DNA from: Gemmatimonadales bacterium
GTDB taxonomy: Bacteria; Gemmatimonadota; Gemmatimonadetes; Gemmatimonadales; GWC2-71-9
Length of the DNA: 64,000 nucleotides
Assembly: GCA_041615815.1 (NCBI GenBank)
Contig: JBFJCP010000007.1
Location: forward strand, 1 to 64,000
Reading direction: 5' to 3'
Below, piece after piece: positions 1 through 11,735 of the stretch. The notes under the pieces are model-generated. The model saw only the letters and a list, made by a program, of their open reading frames with translations, was not told the origin of the DNA and ran no database searches. How positions within the stretch are numbered: position 1 is the stretch's first letter; each line of letters begins with the position of its first letter. Position numbers and translations under genes: made by a program.

Positions 1-1
1 G

Positions 2-733
2 GGATTCGACGGCCCCGCCCCGATGGGAGCTACCGAAGACGCCATCGAGATCGCCGAGGGGACCCGGCTTCCGTTCACGGTCTTCGGCTGCACGCCGGGC
101 TTCGGGACGCCCATCGCCATCGACGGCACCATGGCTGCCGGTGAGTGGGATTGTGCCAAATCAGTGCAGTTCCCGGTCAATCTCTCCGGTGGCTCGACGG
201 TCATGGCAACGCTCTTCTGGATGAACGACACCGACAGCATGTACCTCGCGGTCGAGGTCCCCGGTACGGACCGCCAGAACGGTCTCCGGGTCGAGTGGGA
301 CCGCGAAGGGATACCCGCGGGTGCGGTGGAGGGCGACACGTACAACGGTGCGCGCGACGTGGGCAGTGACGTCTGGGAATTCGACCCCGGCTCAGGCCCC
401 GCCGACAAGTTCATCAACGAGAAGTGCTCCACCTCGAGCCAGTCGAGCTGTGGACTGGACGACGCGGGCTTCGGTGGGAGCATGGACACGGGTGGTGCCT
501 TCGACAACGGCGTGGGGGTAACGGTCTACGAGCTATCGCATCCGCTGAATTCCGGTGATGTCTGCACGGTCGCCGGCAAGAACGCATGCGGGAGCTACAC
601 GGGCTCAATCGATCTCGCGACCTCGGCCGGACAGAAGAGAGGCGTGTTCATCACCCTGCGCCTCGGTTCGGGCGCCCAAGGCAACACGCAGTGGCCGGGC
701 TTCCAGCAGTACATGGTGATCGAGATCCAATAG
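2..733 (+). CDS. C-terminal part of a probably secreted protein with a DOMON/CBM9-like sugar-binding-type domain (5'-truncated by window edge)
   Basis: Frame is open from position 2. Motifs PIAIDGTMAAGEW, LFWMNDTDSMYLAVEV and VYELSHPL; Cys-rich; followed by a terminator hairpin. Confidence 0.55.
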   Translation, partial: GFDGPAPMGATEDAIEIAEGTRLPFTVFGCTPGFGTPIAIDGTMAAGEWDCAKSVQFPVNLSGGSTVMATLFWMNDTDSMYLAVEVPGTDRQNGLRVEWDREGIPAGAVEGDTYNGARDVGSDVWEFDPGSGPADKFINEKCSTSSQSSCGLDDAGFGGSMDTGGAFDNGVGVTVYELSHPLNSGDVCTVAGKNACGSYTGSIDLATSAGQKRGVFITLRLGSGAQGNTQWPGFQQYMVIEIQ

Positions 734-756
734 TTCTGGCGGGAACGACGTTCTCG

Positions 757-793
757 CGGGCGCCTGGGACCTCCCCAGGCGCCCGTTGTGTGT
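757..793 (+). terminator. Intrinsic terminator-like hairpin
   Basis: Perfect 12-bp stem CGGGCGCCTGGG/CCCAGGCGCCCG with 5-nt loop, followed by TTGTGTGT, 24 nt after the stop codon. Confidence 0.7.
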
Positions 794-983
794 GGCGAAA
801 CTGCCATAGTGACGTGTCGATGCAGCACCTGACGACTGGGAATGCGACGCGAAGCCGAGCCAACGTTGCGGTGCTGCCAACTGATTATCACAGAAACGGT
901 TACGCACAGCGAAGGGCCTGAAACTTGCGATTACGCATCGAATACTCCCAGGGGACAACCTCCTCCAGCTCGGGGATCAGCTC

Positions 984-3143
984 ATGAAACGCGCAGCATT
1001 ACTCACGCTCACCGCGCTCCTGGCCGTCGCCTGTCAGGACCAACGCGTGGTATCACCTGCCATCGACGGCCCGAACTTCCTGATCCAGGACGGGGCCAAC
1101 AACGGCAATCCGGACTTCTGGTTCCTCCCGCCCGTCGTGGGAAATCCGCAGGGGGATCCGGAGTTCGAGCCCAATGAGTTCAATCCCAACCTCATGCCCG
1201 TGGTCGAGATCTGTATGGGCGGGCCGGGGTGTGGGAACGAGTTTCCTGCGAGCCTCAACGGGAACCACTACCATTTCAACTGGAAGAGCAGCAGGTCGGA
1301 TGCGGGCACGTACCGGGTCACGGTGCTCGCGAGCACCGGCGGGTTCGAGCTGGGGTTCTTCGACGCCGAGGTCTCGAGTAAGGGGAAGAGTGCGACGCCC
1401 GGTAATATCGCGGTCAAGGCCGGGAGCAATGTGCCCGTCAAGTTCTCGGTCGAGAACGCCGCGCTGTGCTACGATCCAACCACTGGGCAGATCACGCGGC
1501 CGTGTGCCTCGGCAACCTTCGATCTCTCGCAGGACAATACACTCCAGCTGGCAGACCCCACCGGGACACTCATCAGTCAGGTGGACGTGCCGGCCCAGCC
1601 TTCCCAACAGGTGACAACCTTCACTATGCAGTTCTGTGAGGACCTGAACCCTCGGGTGGTCGATCTTCCCTCATTCGGGGATTGCATCAAGATCCTGCCC
1701 GATCCCCAACTCGAGAACCAGCTGGTGGACCCGGCATTGGTATCGGTCTGCGAGTTCCTCCCGGGTGGAACAACGGGGTTGAGCGAGGACCAGGAGGATC
1801 GGGTGACCCTGCACCAGGCTGCCGAGGACGAGTCGCAGGTCACCGCCCTGCCGGACGCCCCTTCCAACTGCGCGCAGCAGGTGGGGCAGCGCAGCACGAA
1901 TCCCATCATCAGGCTCGCCCAGCGAGTCCGCGACCGTGTGGTTGGGTGGGTGGCTCCCACTCCGCTCTGGGCCAACATCATGGTACTGGACCGCGGTGGT
2001 GGTGGTGCAACGTCGAACTTCGAGAGCGATTTTCAGTATCTGCTCCCGGCCATCCAGAACTACGTGAATCCGCTCGATGCCAACCGCACGGCGGAGCCCG
2101 GCACCGGGTTGCCGGTACGAGTGATCGTCAAGGATACGGGCGGCGACCCCGTAGCCGGCGCCACGGTGCACTTCGCGGTTACGCAGGGAGGTGGGTCGCT
2201 CGACGCCCTGTCGGACATCACCGGGCTCGACGGAATCGCCGAGGTATTGTTGACCATCGCCGAGGGTCCGAACAAAGTGGTGGCCAGCGCGCGCGGGATT
2301 GCCGATCCCCAGGACGGAGACGTGTTTGCGCCGGACCACACTCTGCCACCGGAACAGCAACAGGTCGTGATCCTCGGTCAAGGAACACTCGAGTTCTTGG
2401 CCACCGGCGAGGTTGCGGAACCGCAACCGGTTCTCTATGGGGTCAATTCCAACGACGACGGTCTCTCAACCATCGACCCGGCGAACGGCAACGTCAACTT
2501 CATTGGCCCGCTGAACGCGAGCCCCAACATCTTCGTGACGCCCATCGCGATGGCCGTGCGGCCATCGGACCAGAAACTGTTCGTCTGGAACAACTCGAAT
2601 ATCGTTGAAGGGGAGCCGGACAACACCGGTGTGCTGCTCACGGTCAACGTGTGTACCGGAGTGGGGACGCCCGTGGATGCTGAGACACCCGGCCAAGGAC
2701 AGCTCTCGGCGTTGGCCTTTTCGCCTGATGGCGCCCTCTATGGCACCGACACCAAACTGTTCAGCGTCAATACCGCGACGGGAGTGCGGAACGAAATCGG
2801 GAATCTCGGTATGGGGCTGCGTGTGGCGGCTGCCGACTTCGATGGTGAAGGAACGCTCTGGGGTGTCGAGCTCACGGGTATCGGCACGACGGAGCGTCTG
2901 GTCACGATCCACCTCGGGACCGGAGCCGCGTCGGTGGTCGCGACGCTGAGTCAGGATATCGGCATCATCGGATCGATCGTGTTCGCACCGGACGGTACAC
3001 TCATCGGCAGCGGTTCCGGCACGGGCGCGGGGGACATCCTGTTCGATATCAACACCCAAACCGGCGCAGTTTCCAATATCCGCGCGCTCAACGGCGGCAC
3101 GATCCCGCAGGGCATGGGATTCGCCCCGGCCTGCGACGACTAG
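984..3143 (+). CDS. Multidomain lipoprotein: N-terminal domain, Ig-like (Big_1-like) domain, C-terminal beta-propeller
   Basis: Lipobox LAVAC; Ig-like segment VIVKDTGGDPVAGATVHFAV; repeated blades (ALAFSPDGALYG, AADFDGEGTLWG, IVFAPDGTLIG). Confidence 0.7.
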   Translation: MKRAALLTLTALLAVACQDQRVVSPAIDGPNFLIQDGANNGNPDFWFLPPVVGNPQGDPEFEPNEFNPNLMPVVEICMGGPGCGNEFPASLNGNHYHFNWKSSRSDAGTYRVTVLASTGGFELGFFDAEVSSKGKSATPGNIAVKAGSNVPVKFSVENAALCYDPTTGQITRPCASATFDLSQDNTLQLADPTGTLISQVDVPAQPSQQVTTFTMQFCEDLNPRVVDLPSFGDCIKILPDPQLENQLVDPALVSVCEFLPGGTTGLSEDQEDRVTLHQAAEDESQVTALPDAPSNCAQQVGQRSTNPIIRLAQRVRDRVVGWVAPTPLWANIMVLDRGGGGATSNFESDFQYLLPAIQNYVNPLDANRTAEPGTGLPVRVIVKDTGGDPVAGATVHFAVTQGGGSLDALSDITGLDGIAEVLLTIAEGPNKVVASARGIADPQDGDVFAPDHTLPPEQQQVVILGQGTLEFLATGEVAEPQPVLYGVNSNDDGLSTIDPANGNVNFIGPLNASPNIFVTPIAMAVRPSDQKLFVWNNSNIVEGEPDNTGVLLTVNVCTGVGTPVDAETPGQGQLSALAFSPDGALYGTDTKLFSVNTATGVRNEIGNLGMGLRVAAADFDGEGTLWGVELTGIGTTERLVTIHLGTGAASVVATLSQDIGIIGSIVFAPDGTLIGSGSGTGAGDILFDINTQTGAVSNIRALNGGTIPQGMGFAPACDD

Positions 3144-3163
3144 CGACGCGGGAAGCCCTGCAT

Positions 3164-3201
3164 CCAAAAAAACCCCCGGGGAGGCTCTCGGGGGTTTTTG
3201 G
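3164..3201. terminator. Bidirectional intrinsic terminator between convergent genes
   Basis: AAAAAAACCCCCG...CGGGGGTTTTT inverted repeat with A and T tracts on either side. Confidence 0.8.
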
Positions 3202-3224
3202 TAGCGCTAACCGATCCCGACCGT

Positions 3225-4682
3225 TCACCCCCCGTCGCTCGTGACCGGCAACGGCGGCTCCTGATCCTGCGGAATCGGCGAACGATAGGGTTTGCCCTCG
3301 GTCTTCTCCCGGTACACCGCTTTCGCCCGCTCGAGCATATCACGATCCATCAAGAGATCGATGCCCGTGAGGGCGAGCACCCGAGCGGCCACGTGCGCCC
3401 CCCTTCTTGCGCCGTCCGTGCCATGGGACGCCGACGTGGCCCAACTGTGCCACGGCACGTCCGCCGCCGCCGTGGCCACGCTGAATTGGGCCGTGGGCGT
3501 AATCCAACTCACTTCGGCCACATCGGTCGATCCGCCGCTCACCGGCAGCTCCTCAGCCGCCAGCGGCTTCACCTCGGCCTCCAGGCCCTTTTCCTCGATT
3601 CCCAGCGCCTTCTGGAGCGCTCGGGCGAACGCCTGATCCTGCTCGCTGAACTCGGGCGCTCCCACCAGCTCGAGATTGCGTTGTACCGCCTCTTGGAGCG
3701 GGCGGTTGAGCAGGGTGGCATGGACCCCGGTGATCAGGGAGACGCGGTGCTCGGTTCGCGTAGCCATGGCCGCGCCCGCGGCGATCTTGAGCATCCACTG
3801 GTAGTAACCATCCACCGCCTCGCGATCCACGTCACGCACGTAGTACCAGACCTTGGCGTATTCGGGGACCACGTTGGGAGCCTCACCGGCCGAGGGCATC
3901 ACATAATGGATCCGCGTGGTGGGCTTCACATGCTCCCGCATCAGATTGACCCCGTCGTTCATGAGCTCTACGGCGTCGAGCGCGCTCCGGCCGTTCCAGG
4001 GATCCGCCGACGCATGCGCCGCCTGCCCGAAGAACTCGACGGTGAAGTTGTTCATCGCCCGGCTGGGCTCGTTGTCGGTCTCCGTGACGAGCCCCGGATG
4101 CCAGGCCAGGGCCGCATCCAGATCGTCGAACAACCCCGCCTTCGCCATGTAAACCTTCCCGACCACCGTCTCTTCCGCGGGCGACCCGTAGAGGCGCACC
4201 GTGCCGCGGATTCCGTGACGCTGTATGGCGCGCTTCAACGCCATGGCACCCGCCACCGACCCGGCCCCAAACAGATTGTGGCCGCATCCCTGACCGCTCG
4301 TGATCCCGTCGGGGCGAAGCTGTTTGTACGGCACAGCCGCGTTCCCCACACCCGGCAACGCGTCATACTCCGCCAGGATGCCAATGACCGGGGCTCCGCT
4401 CCCCCAGGTCGCCACGAACGCCGTGGGCATGCCGGCCACCCCTCGCTCGAGCGTGAACCCCTCGCGCTCCAGCACGGTGGCCAAGAATTCCGCCGACGCC
4501 GTCTCCTTGAGCGCCGTCTCCGAGAGATCCCATAACTCCCGAGACATCCGATCGATGTCCGCGGCGAGCGCATCTACGGCCGAGAGCGCCGTTTGCTTTT
4601 CGCGCGCGAAGTCTTGGGCGAGCGTGGGTGTCGCCAGCACGCAGGCAGCCAGCAGCAGGATCGAGGCACCGGATCTCGACAT
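3225..4682 (-). CDS. Secreted M20-family amidohydrolase (AbgB-like)
   Basis: Motifs AEYDALP, GCGHN, SPAEE, GGSTDV; signal peptide from MSRSGASILLL; start reassigned to 4682. Confidence 0.85.
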   Translation of the reverse strand: MSRSGASILLLAACVLATPTLAQDFAREKQTALSAVDALAADIDRMSRELWDLSETALKETASAEFLATVLEREGFTLERGVAGMPTAFVATWGSGAPVIGILAEYDALPGVGNAAVPYKQLRPDGITSGQGCGHNLFGAGSVAGAMALKRAIQRHGIRGTVRLYGSPAEETVVGKVYMAKAGLFDDLDAALAWHPGLVTETDNEPSRAMNNFTVEFFGQAAHASADPWNGRSALDAVELMNDGVNLMREHVKPTTRIHYVMPSAGEAPNVVPEYAKVWYYVRDVDREAVDGYYQWMLKIAAGAAMATRTEHRVSLITGVHATLLNRPLQEAVQRNLELVGAPEFSEQDQAFARALQKALGIEEKGLEAEVKPLAAEELPVSGGSTDVAEVSWITPTAQFSVATAAADVPWHSWATSASHGTDGARRGAHVAARVLALTGIDLLMDRDMLERAKAVYREKTEGKPYRSPIPQDQEPPLPVTSDGG

Positions 4683-4722
4683 ACGGATCTCCTGGGAAGC
4701 AATGTCCCCGCTGATGATATCC

Positions 4723-4795
4723 GGAAGTCGGAAGGAGGGAAGGTCAGGTTCGAACGTGGACGGGTGGAAGGAAGGTCGGTCGGGAGGTCGGAAAA
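4723..4795. repeat. Degenerate octamer tandem repeats (GAAGGTCG-like)
   Basis: GGAAGTCG GAAGGAGG GAAGGTCA ... GAAGGTCG ... GGAGGTCG in intergenic DNA. Confidence 0.5.
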
Positions 4796-4923
4796 CGCCC
4801 GGACACGCGGGCGGACGGAGCATCGGGCGGATCGGGAATCGATGACCCGGGAACGCCCCTACTATGCGCTTTCGAGGCCTCGCCGAGTGGCCCACCCCGT
4901 CCATCCAGCTCACCCCGCCATAA

Positions 4924-6983
<2,060 letters not shown>

Positions 6984-6984
<1 letters not shown>

Positions 6985-7011
6985 GGTTAGGGGTTAGCGG
7001 TCAGGGGCTAG
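6984..7011 (+). repeat. Heptamer tandem repeat GGGTTAG-like x4
   Basis: GGGTTAG GGGTTAG CGGTCAG GGGCTAG directly after the gyrB stop. Confidence 0.7.
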
Positions 7012-7120
7012 GCCGAACCGAAGGTCATTCCCTCCCTCACCGTTGTGCGGTGTGCGTTCCGCGTGCTGAGCGCTGGCTTCTCCATTCGTCGTCCCCTCTG
7101 CGTCCCTCACTCCTCATCAC

Positions 7121-7156
7121 TCTGCCATCTGCAATCGTTCAATCTGCCCCCTGCCC
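7121..7156 (+). repeat. Heptamer tandem repeat TCTGCAA-like
   Basis: TCTGCCA TCTGCAA TCGTTCAA TCTGCCC CCTGCCC. Confidence 0.5.
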
Positions 7157-7203
7157 CCCTCTCACCTTGACGCCTCCCTCCTCGCGCCCCCATTCTCAGC
7201 GCC

Positions 7204-8925
7204 ATGGAATCGCGACCCTGGCACCGACATTATGACGACGGGGTCCCCGCGGACCTCTCATTCCGTGACATCACGCTCCCCGGGTTGCTCTCCGAAGCCG
7301 TCGAACGGTTCGGCGATCGCCCCGCCATCCGGTTCTTCAACGCTCGACTGACCTACCGGGAGCTCAAGGCAGAAGTCGATCGGTGTGCCACGGCGCTTGC
7401 CGGGCTCGGCGTGGAGCGCGGGACGCGCGTGGCCATCCAGCTTCCCAATACGCCACAAATGGTGATCGCGTACTACGCGACCTTGTCGCTGGGCGGGGTC
7501 GCCGTGCCCACCAATCCCCTGTATACCGGACGAGAGATGCAGCATCAATGGTCCGATGCCGGATGCAGCGTGGCGGTGGTCGCCGATTTCATCTTCGCGC
7601 GGACCATCGAGCCCATGCGGGAGCGGCTGCAGATCGAACACTATTTGGTCGCTTCGCTCCCCGAATACCTCCGGTTCCCCCTGAGCTGGCTGGCGCCACT
7701 CAAGCTCAAGCGGGCCGATCCCCCGCTCGTTGCCGCCGTGACCCCCGGGCCCGGCGTGCACCGTTTCCGCGATCTGATTCGCCGGACGGAACCGCGGCCA
7801 CCCCAGCCGCGGCTCGACATCGACGAGCTGGCCACGCTGTTGTACACGGGGGGAACCACCGGCCTCTCCAAAGGCGCGATGCTCACGCACCGCAACCTCT
7901 CCTTCAACGCGCAACAGGTGGCAGCCTGGACGCCACCGTCGTTGATCGAGCCGGGGAAGGAAGTGCTGCTCACGGCACTCCCCCTCTTCCATTCCTACGG
8001 GCTGACGGTGTGCATGAACTTCGGCATCGCGATCGCCGCCGAGCTCGTATTGGTCCCCAACCCCAGGGACATCCCGGCCATCGTCGGGACCATCGCCAAA
8101 CATCGCGTGACCCTGGCACCCGCCGTTCCGGCGATGTTCAATGCCATCAATCAGCATCCGGGCATCGAGAAGCTCGACCTGAGCAGCATCAAGGTGTGTA
8201 ACTCCGGGTCCGCACCCCTGCCAGTCGAAGTCCTCCAGAGATTCGAACAACTCACCGGTGGAAAAATCACCGAGGGATTCGGTCTCACCGAAACGTCGCC
8301 GGTGACACACTCCAATCCCGTTTTGGGAACGCGAAAGATCGGGAGCATCGGCGTGCCGGTGGCCAATACCGATGCTCGGATCGTGGACATCGAAGACGGG
8401 ATCACGGACGTGCCACCGGGCGGCGAAGGCGAGCTCATCTTGCGGGGACCGCAGGTAATGCAGGCCTATTGGAACAAACAAGAGGAGACCGACGAGACGA
8501 TCCGCAACGGCTGGCTCTACACCGGCGATCTGGCCGTCATGGACGAAGACGGTTTCTTCTTCATCGTCGGGCGCAAGAAGGACATGATCCTGTGCAGCGG
8601 ATACAATGTGTATCCGGACGAGATCGATCGGGTCCTCATGGCGCATCCCTCGATTCTCGAAGCCGGTACGATCGGAATCCCCGACGAGCGCCGTGGTGAG
8701 ACCGTCAAATCCTTCGTCGTCCTCGCGCCTGGCGCTCAGCTCACCGCGGAAGAAGTCATTGCCTATTGCCGGGACAACCTCGCCGCCTACAAGGTCCCCC
8801 GCGAAGTCGCGTTCCGGCAGGAACTCCCCAAGAGCACAGTGCTCAAGATTCTGCGACGTGAGTTGCGTGCGCAGGAAATTGCCAAGGGTGGCGGACCGGA
8901 CGGGGAACCGTCCGTTCCATCGTGA
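7204..8925 (+). CDS. Long-chain fatty acid--CoA ligase (FadD-like)
   Basis: YTGGTTGLSKG, EGFGLTETSP, GWLYTGD, GRKKDMI, ELPKS. Confidence 0.9.
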   Translation: MESRPWHRHYDDGVPADLSFRDITLPGLLSEAVERFGDRPAIRFFNARLTYRELKAEVDRCATALAGLGVERGTRVAIQLPNTPQMVIAYYATLSLGGVAVPTNPLYTGREMQHQWSDAGCSVAVVADFIFARTIEPMRERLQIEHYLVASLPEYLRFPLSWLAPLKLKRADPPLVAAVTPGPGVHRFRDLIRRTEPRPPQPRLDIDELATLLYTGGTTGLSKGAMLTHRNLSFNAQQVAAWTPPSLIEPGKEVLLTALPLFHSYGLTVCMNFGIAIAAELVLVPNPRDIPAIVGTIAKHRVTLAPAVPAMFNAINQHPGIEKLDLSSIKVCNSGSAPLPVEVLQRFEQLTGGKITEGFGLTETSPVTHSNPVLGTRKIGSIGVPVANTDARIVDIEDGITDVPPGGEGELILRGPQVMQAYWNKQEETDETIRNGWLYTGDLAVMDEDGFFFIVGRKKDMILCSGYNVYPDEIDRVLMAHPSILEAGTIGIPDERRGETVKSFVVLAPGAQLTAEEVIAYCRDNLAAYKVPREVAFRQELPKSTVLKILRRELRAQEIAKGGGPDGEPSVPS

Positions 8926-9680
8926 CCACCCGTTCGCCCGTCCGACCGCGTACCGGTCGTGCACAAAGAACATCCAGCCACCGCCGGCTCACCACCCTAT
9001 CCCGGCACGTCATCGGGTGCACCCGATGCCCCAGACTCCGCACCCATTGTGTTCAGGTAGCGGATGAGCGAAAACGGGAGTTTCGAGATTGGACCTATTG
9101 GGAAAAGCCGGTCCCCGGATTCGGAGACGCGCGTGCCAGCTTGCTGATCGTGGGATTGGCACCGGCGGCGCACGGTGCCACCCGCACGGGCCGCATGTTC
9201 ACTGGCGACTCGAGTGGGAACTGGCTCTACGATGCCCTGCATCGCTTCGGCTTTGCCAACCAACCCACGTCAGTCCATCGGGACGACGGACTGCGGCTTC
9301 GAGACTGCTACATCACGGCGGCGGCCCGCTGCGCGCCGCCGGGAAACCGTCCAACCCAAGACGAGTTGGATGCATGTCGACCCTTTCTCGAACGGGAGTT
9401 GGCGTTGCTCGAGAACGTCCGATTAGTCGTCGTCCTGGGTCACATCGCGCACCGCCAGTGGCTCAAAGCCTCGGGTTGGTGGGACGAGCTCGGGCCGCGG
9501 GCTCGGCCACGATTCGGACACGGTGTCCTGACCCGCATGGACGATGGACAGGTGCTGTTGAGCTCGTATCACCCGAGCCGCCAAAACACGAACACCGGGA
9601 GACTCACCCGCCGGATGTGGTACGCGGTGTTCCGCACGACGCGAAGGGTGCTGGATGGAGCGATGGAAGGACGAGGCTAG
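8922..9680 (+). CDS. Uracil-DNA glycosylase family 5 (UdgB-like, Fe-S)
   Basis: CTRCPRL, GLAPAAHGATRTGRMFTGD, RCAPPGNRP, YHPS; GTGA overlap with the upstream stop. Confidence 0.88.
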   Translation: MTTRSPVRPRTGRAQRTSSHRRLTTLSRHVIGCTRCPRLRTHCVQVADERKREFRDWTYWEKPVPGFGDARASLLIVGLAPAAHGATRTGRMFTGDSSGNWLYDALHRFGFANQPTSVHRDDGLRLRDCYITAAARCAPPGNRPTQDELDACRPFLERELALLENVRLVVVLGHIAHRQWLKASGWWDELGPRARPRFGHGVLTRMDDGQVLLSSYHPSRQNTNTGRLTRRMWYAVFRTTRRVLDGAMEGRG

Positions 9681-9799
9681 AGAGTGGGGCGGAGGGCAGA
9701 GGATGAAGGTTAGCGTGAGACGGTCACGTGCGGTGCAGGACTGAGATTGCGGAGCACACATTGCAGAATCGCCGCTTCACGGGGGTGCGGATCCGCCGA

Positions 9800-10351
9800 A
9801 TGCTAGTAGCCCACCGCTGGGTGTATGGGACCGTGATACCCGCGCTACTTCTGAGCACACCCGCCGTCGTCGAGGCCCAGGCCACCATTCACCCCCGATC
9901 CACGACGCCCGCTGCGTGGGAGCGGTTTGCCATCCGTGTCGTCAGCGGCACGGATACGCCCACGGTCGCCGTCCGGGTGCGTGTGCCGGACGCGGTCACC
10001 GTGCTGGGTGTCGACGCGCCGCAAGGATGGAGCTCGCGAACCGGGCGCGACCGCGACGATGCACCACAGGTGGTGGTATGGAGTGGGGGGACGCTCCTTC
10101 GGGGAACCTTCCGCGAATTCGCCTTTCTGGGCCGCGTCAGGGGCGATGCCCGTCAGACGGATCTGGTGTTTCCGGTCACGCTCACGCGGGCCGACGGCTC
10201 GACGTGGGAAGACCGTGAACTGCGCGTGCGGGTGACCGGCCGAACCCGTCTCTCCGTGCGGGGCGTCACCGCGATCGCCGGGACGGCTGTCGGCATGGCC
10301 GTGATCGCTCTCGTCGTCGCGATTGCGGCCGGGAGGCGTCGGAGTGCATGA
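9800..10351 (+). CDS. YcnI/DUF1775-like exported protein with C-terminal membrane anchor
   Basis: Signal peptide; FAIRV..., VRVRVP, PQGWS, VVWSGG, FREFAF, LVFPV pattern; C-terminal TM plus RRR. Confidence 0.6.
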   Translation: MLVAHRWVYGTVIPALLLSTPAVVEAQATIHPRSTTPAAWERFAIRVVSGTDTPTVAVRVRVPDAVTVLGVDAPQGWSSRTGRDRDDAPQVVVWSGGTLLRGTFREFAFLGRVRGDARQTDLVFPVTLTRADGSTWEDRELRVRVTGRTRLSVRGVTAIAGTAVGMAVIALVVAIAAGRRRSA

Positions 10352-10465
10352 TTGGACGCGTGGCGCCGCTCGGAGCCGCCTGCCCCGCCGCGGCACGAAT
10401 CTCGGATTTGGCAGTCCATCAGCATGAGCGTCACCCAGTCGACCTTCAAACGGAGGACTTAGCCG

Positions 10466-10762
10466 ATGCTGCCGTGGTTGCTCGCCATTTGTCTGTTTTG
10501 GAGTCTCACCGCCGTCTACCTCGGCGGCATGTCCAAGGATCTTCAGGGAGGAACCGGACTCCGTCAGGTCATCGGACTCGTCGACACCTTCGTGTTGTAC
10601 CTCGTCGTGTGGGGTGTCCTGCGCGCCGTGCTCGGTGGGGTGGCCGGCGGACTCGGCCGGGTCGTGCTCCCGACTGTTGTCACCGTACTGCTCCTGCCAG
10701 TCATCGCTCGCGTGGGATTCGGAATCATGGGGGTGAAGTTGGTGGAGGCGGAGGGGCATTGA
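10466..10762 (+). CDS. Small hypothetical membrane protein (about 3 TM)
   Basis: Hydrophobic 98-aa ORF with upstream GGAGG. Confidence 0.65.
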   Translation: MLPWLLAICLFWSLTAVYLGGMSKDLQGGTGLRQVIGLVDTFVLYLVVWGVLRAVLGGVAGGLGRVVLPTVVTVLLLPVIARVGFGIMGVKLVEAEGH

Positions 10763-10771
10763 ACAGGTGCT

Positions 10772-10820
10772 GGGGGTTAGGGGTTAGGGTGTGAGCACTT
10801 AGTCCCTACCCCTTCATCCC
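10772..10820. repeat. GGGTTAG repeats facing C-rich complementary repeats between convergent genes
   Basis: GGGGGTTAGGGGTTAGGG ... CCCTACCCCTTCATCCC. Confidence 0.55.
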
Positions 10821-11735
10821 TCAGTTCCCCCGCAACAGACTATCCGCAGGTGTAATCTCGTCCCCCTTCCATCGATACAACTGGAATACCGTCCCGCCGC
10901 GAGCATGTCGTACCCAATACCCGGTGTCCGTGGAATCGAACAGCAAGGAGACCAGCGTATCCCCCAGACCGTTGCGCAGCGTGAGGCGGCGGTCGGGACG
11001 GGCGAAATCCGCTGAATCCACCTGCGCCGGGGTGGCGAAGGCCGTACCCTGGGCAGTCAGCGGGTTGAATGACTCGGCGATCCGGCGTGTGATGAGCGAA
11101 TCCGCCGGCGTCCCATCCTCGAACGTCCAGGCACTGTCCCCCCGGATCACCGCATAGGACCTCGACGCGCGCTCCACTCTGATCTCGCTGACGGAACTGG
11201 GATCCACCGTCGCAATGTTCTTCTCCCGCCAATCGGTGACTGACCGGTCGAACGCGGAGACTACATCACCCCGGAGGAGATAGACATCATTGTCACCCGC
11301 GAGCCGGACGTACCGGCTCCGGAAGGGACGTCCGGACTCGCCAACAATCAGGTGAAGCAGCCTGCGTCCCTCGCCGCTGAACACGACGTGGGTTCCGCCA
11401 ACGCTGTCCACCCCCATTCGCTGGTGCGATGAGGCGCTCCGTGCCACCAGCTCGGCTCCGGTGGACGCATCCAGGGATTGAAAGAACTCCGTCGTCACGG
11501 TGGCCGACGCGTCGAACCCGTTGACGGTCCATGCACCATTCTCCGCTCGGACGAGTTGGATGGTGTCCGTGGGACTGCGAATGACAACGCTGTCTGTCGT
11601 TTCTGGCGTGACCGGGATCAGGAAGGGCATTTCCTCCAAGACGTCTCCCCCTCGGCCGACGATTTCGACCAGGCCCCACAGGAAAATCACCGCCGCCAGC
11701 AGCGCCACGATCCGGAGGAGTTGTTTGGCGCTCAT
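10821..11735 (-). CDS. DUF4340-domain protein
   Basis: N-terminal TM; DWREKNI motif; typical position after GldG-like genes; ATGA overlap at 11732-11735. Confidence 0.75.
   Translation of the reverse strand: MSAKQLLRIVALLAAVIFLWGLVEIVGRGGDVLEEMPFLIPVTPETTDSVVIRSPTDTIQLVRAENGAWTVNGFDASATVTTEFFQSLDASTGAELVARSASSHQRMGVDSVGGTHVVFSGEGRRLLHLIVGESGRPFRSRYVRLAGDNDVYLLRGDVVSAFDRSVTDWREKNIATVDPSSVSEIRVERASRSYAVIRGDSAWTFEDGTPADSLITRRIAESFNPLTAQGTAFATPAQVDSADFARPDRRLTLRNGLGDTLVSLLFDSTDTGYWVRHARGGTVFQLYRWKGDEITPADSLLRGN

Noticed and set aside
7258..8973. Long antisense or alternative-frame ORFs (also 3198-4535, 27680-29179, 50758-52791, 58109-59911)
   Set aside because: They shadow well-supported genes, show no family motifs, and are expected from high-GC codon bias.
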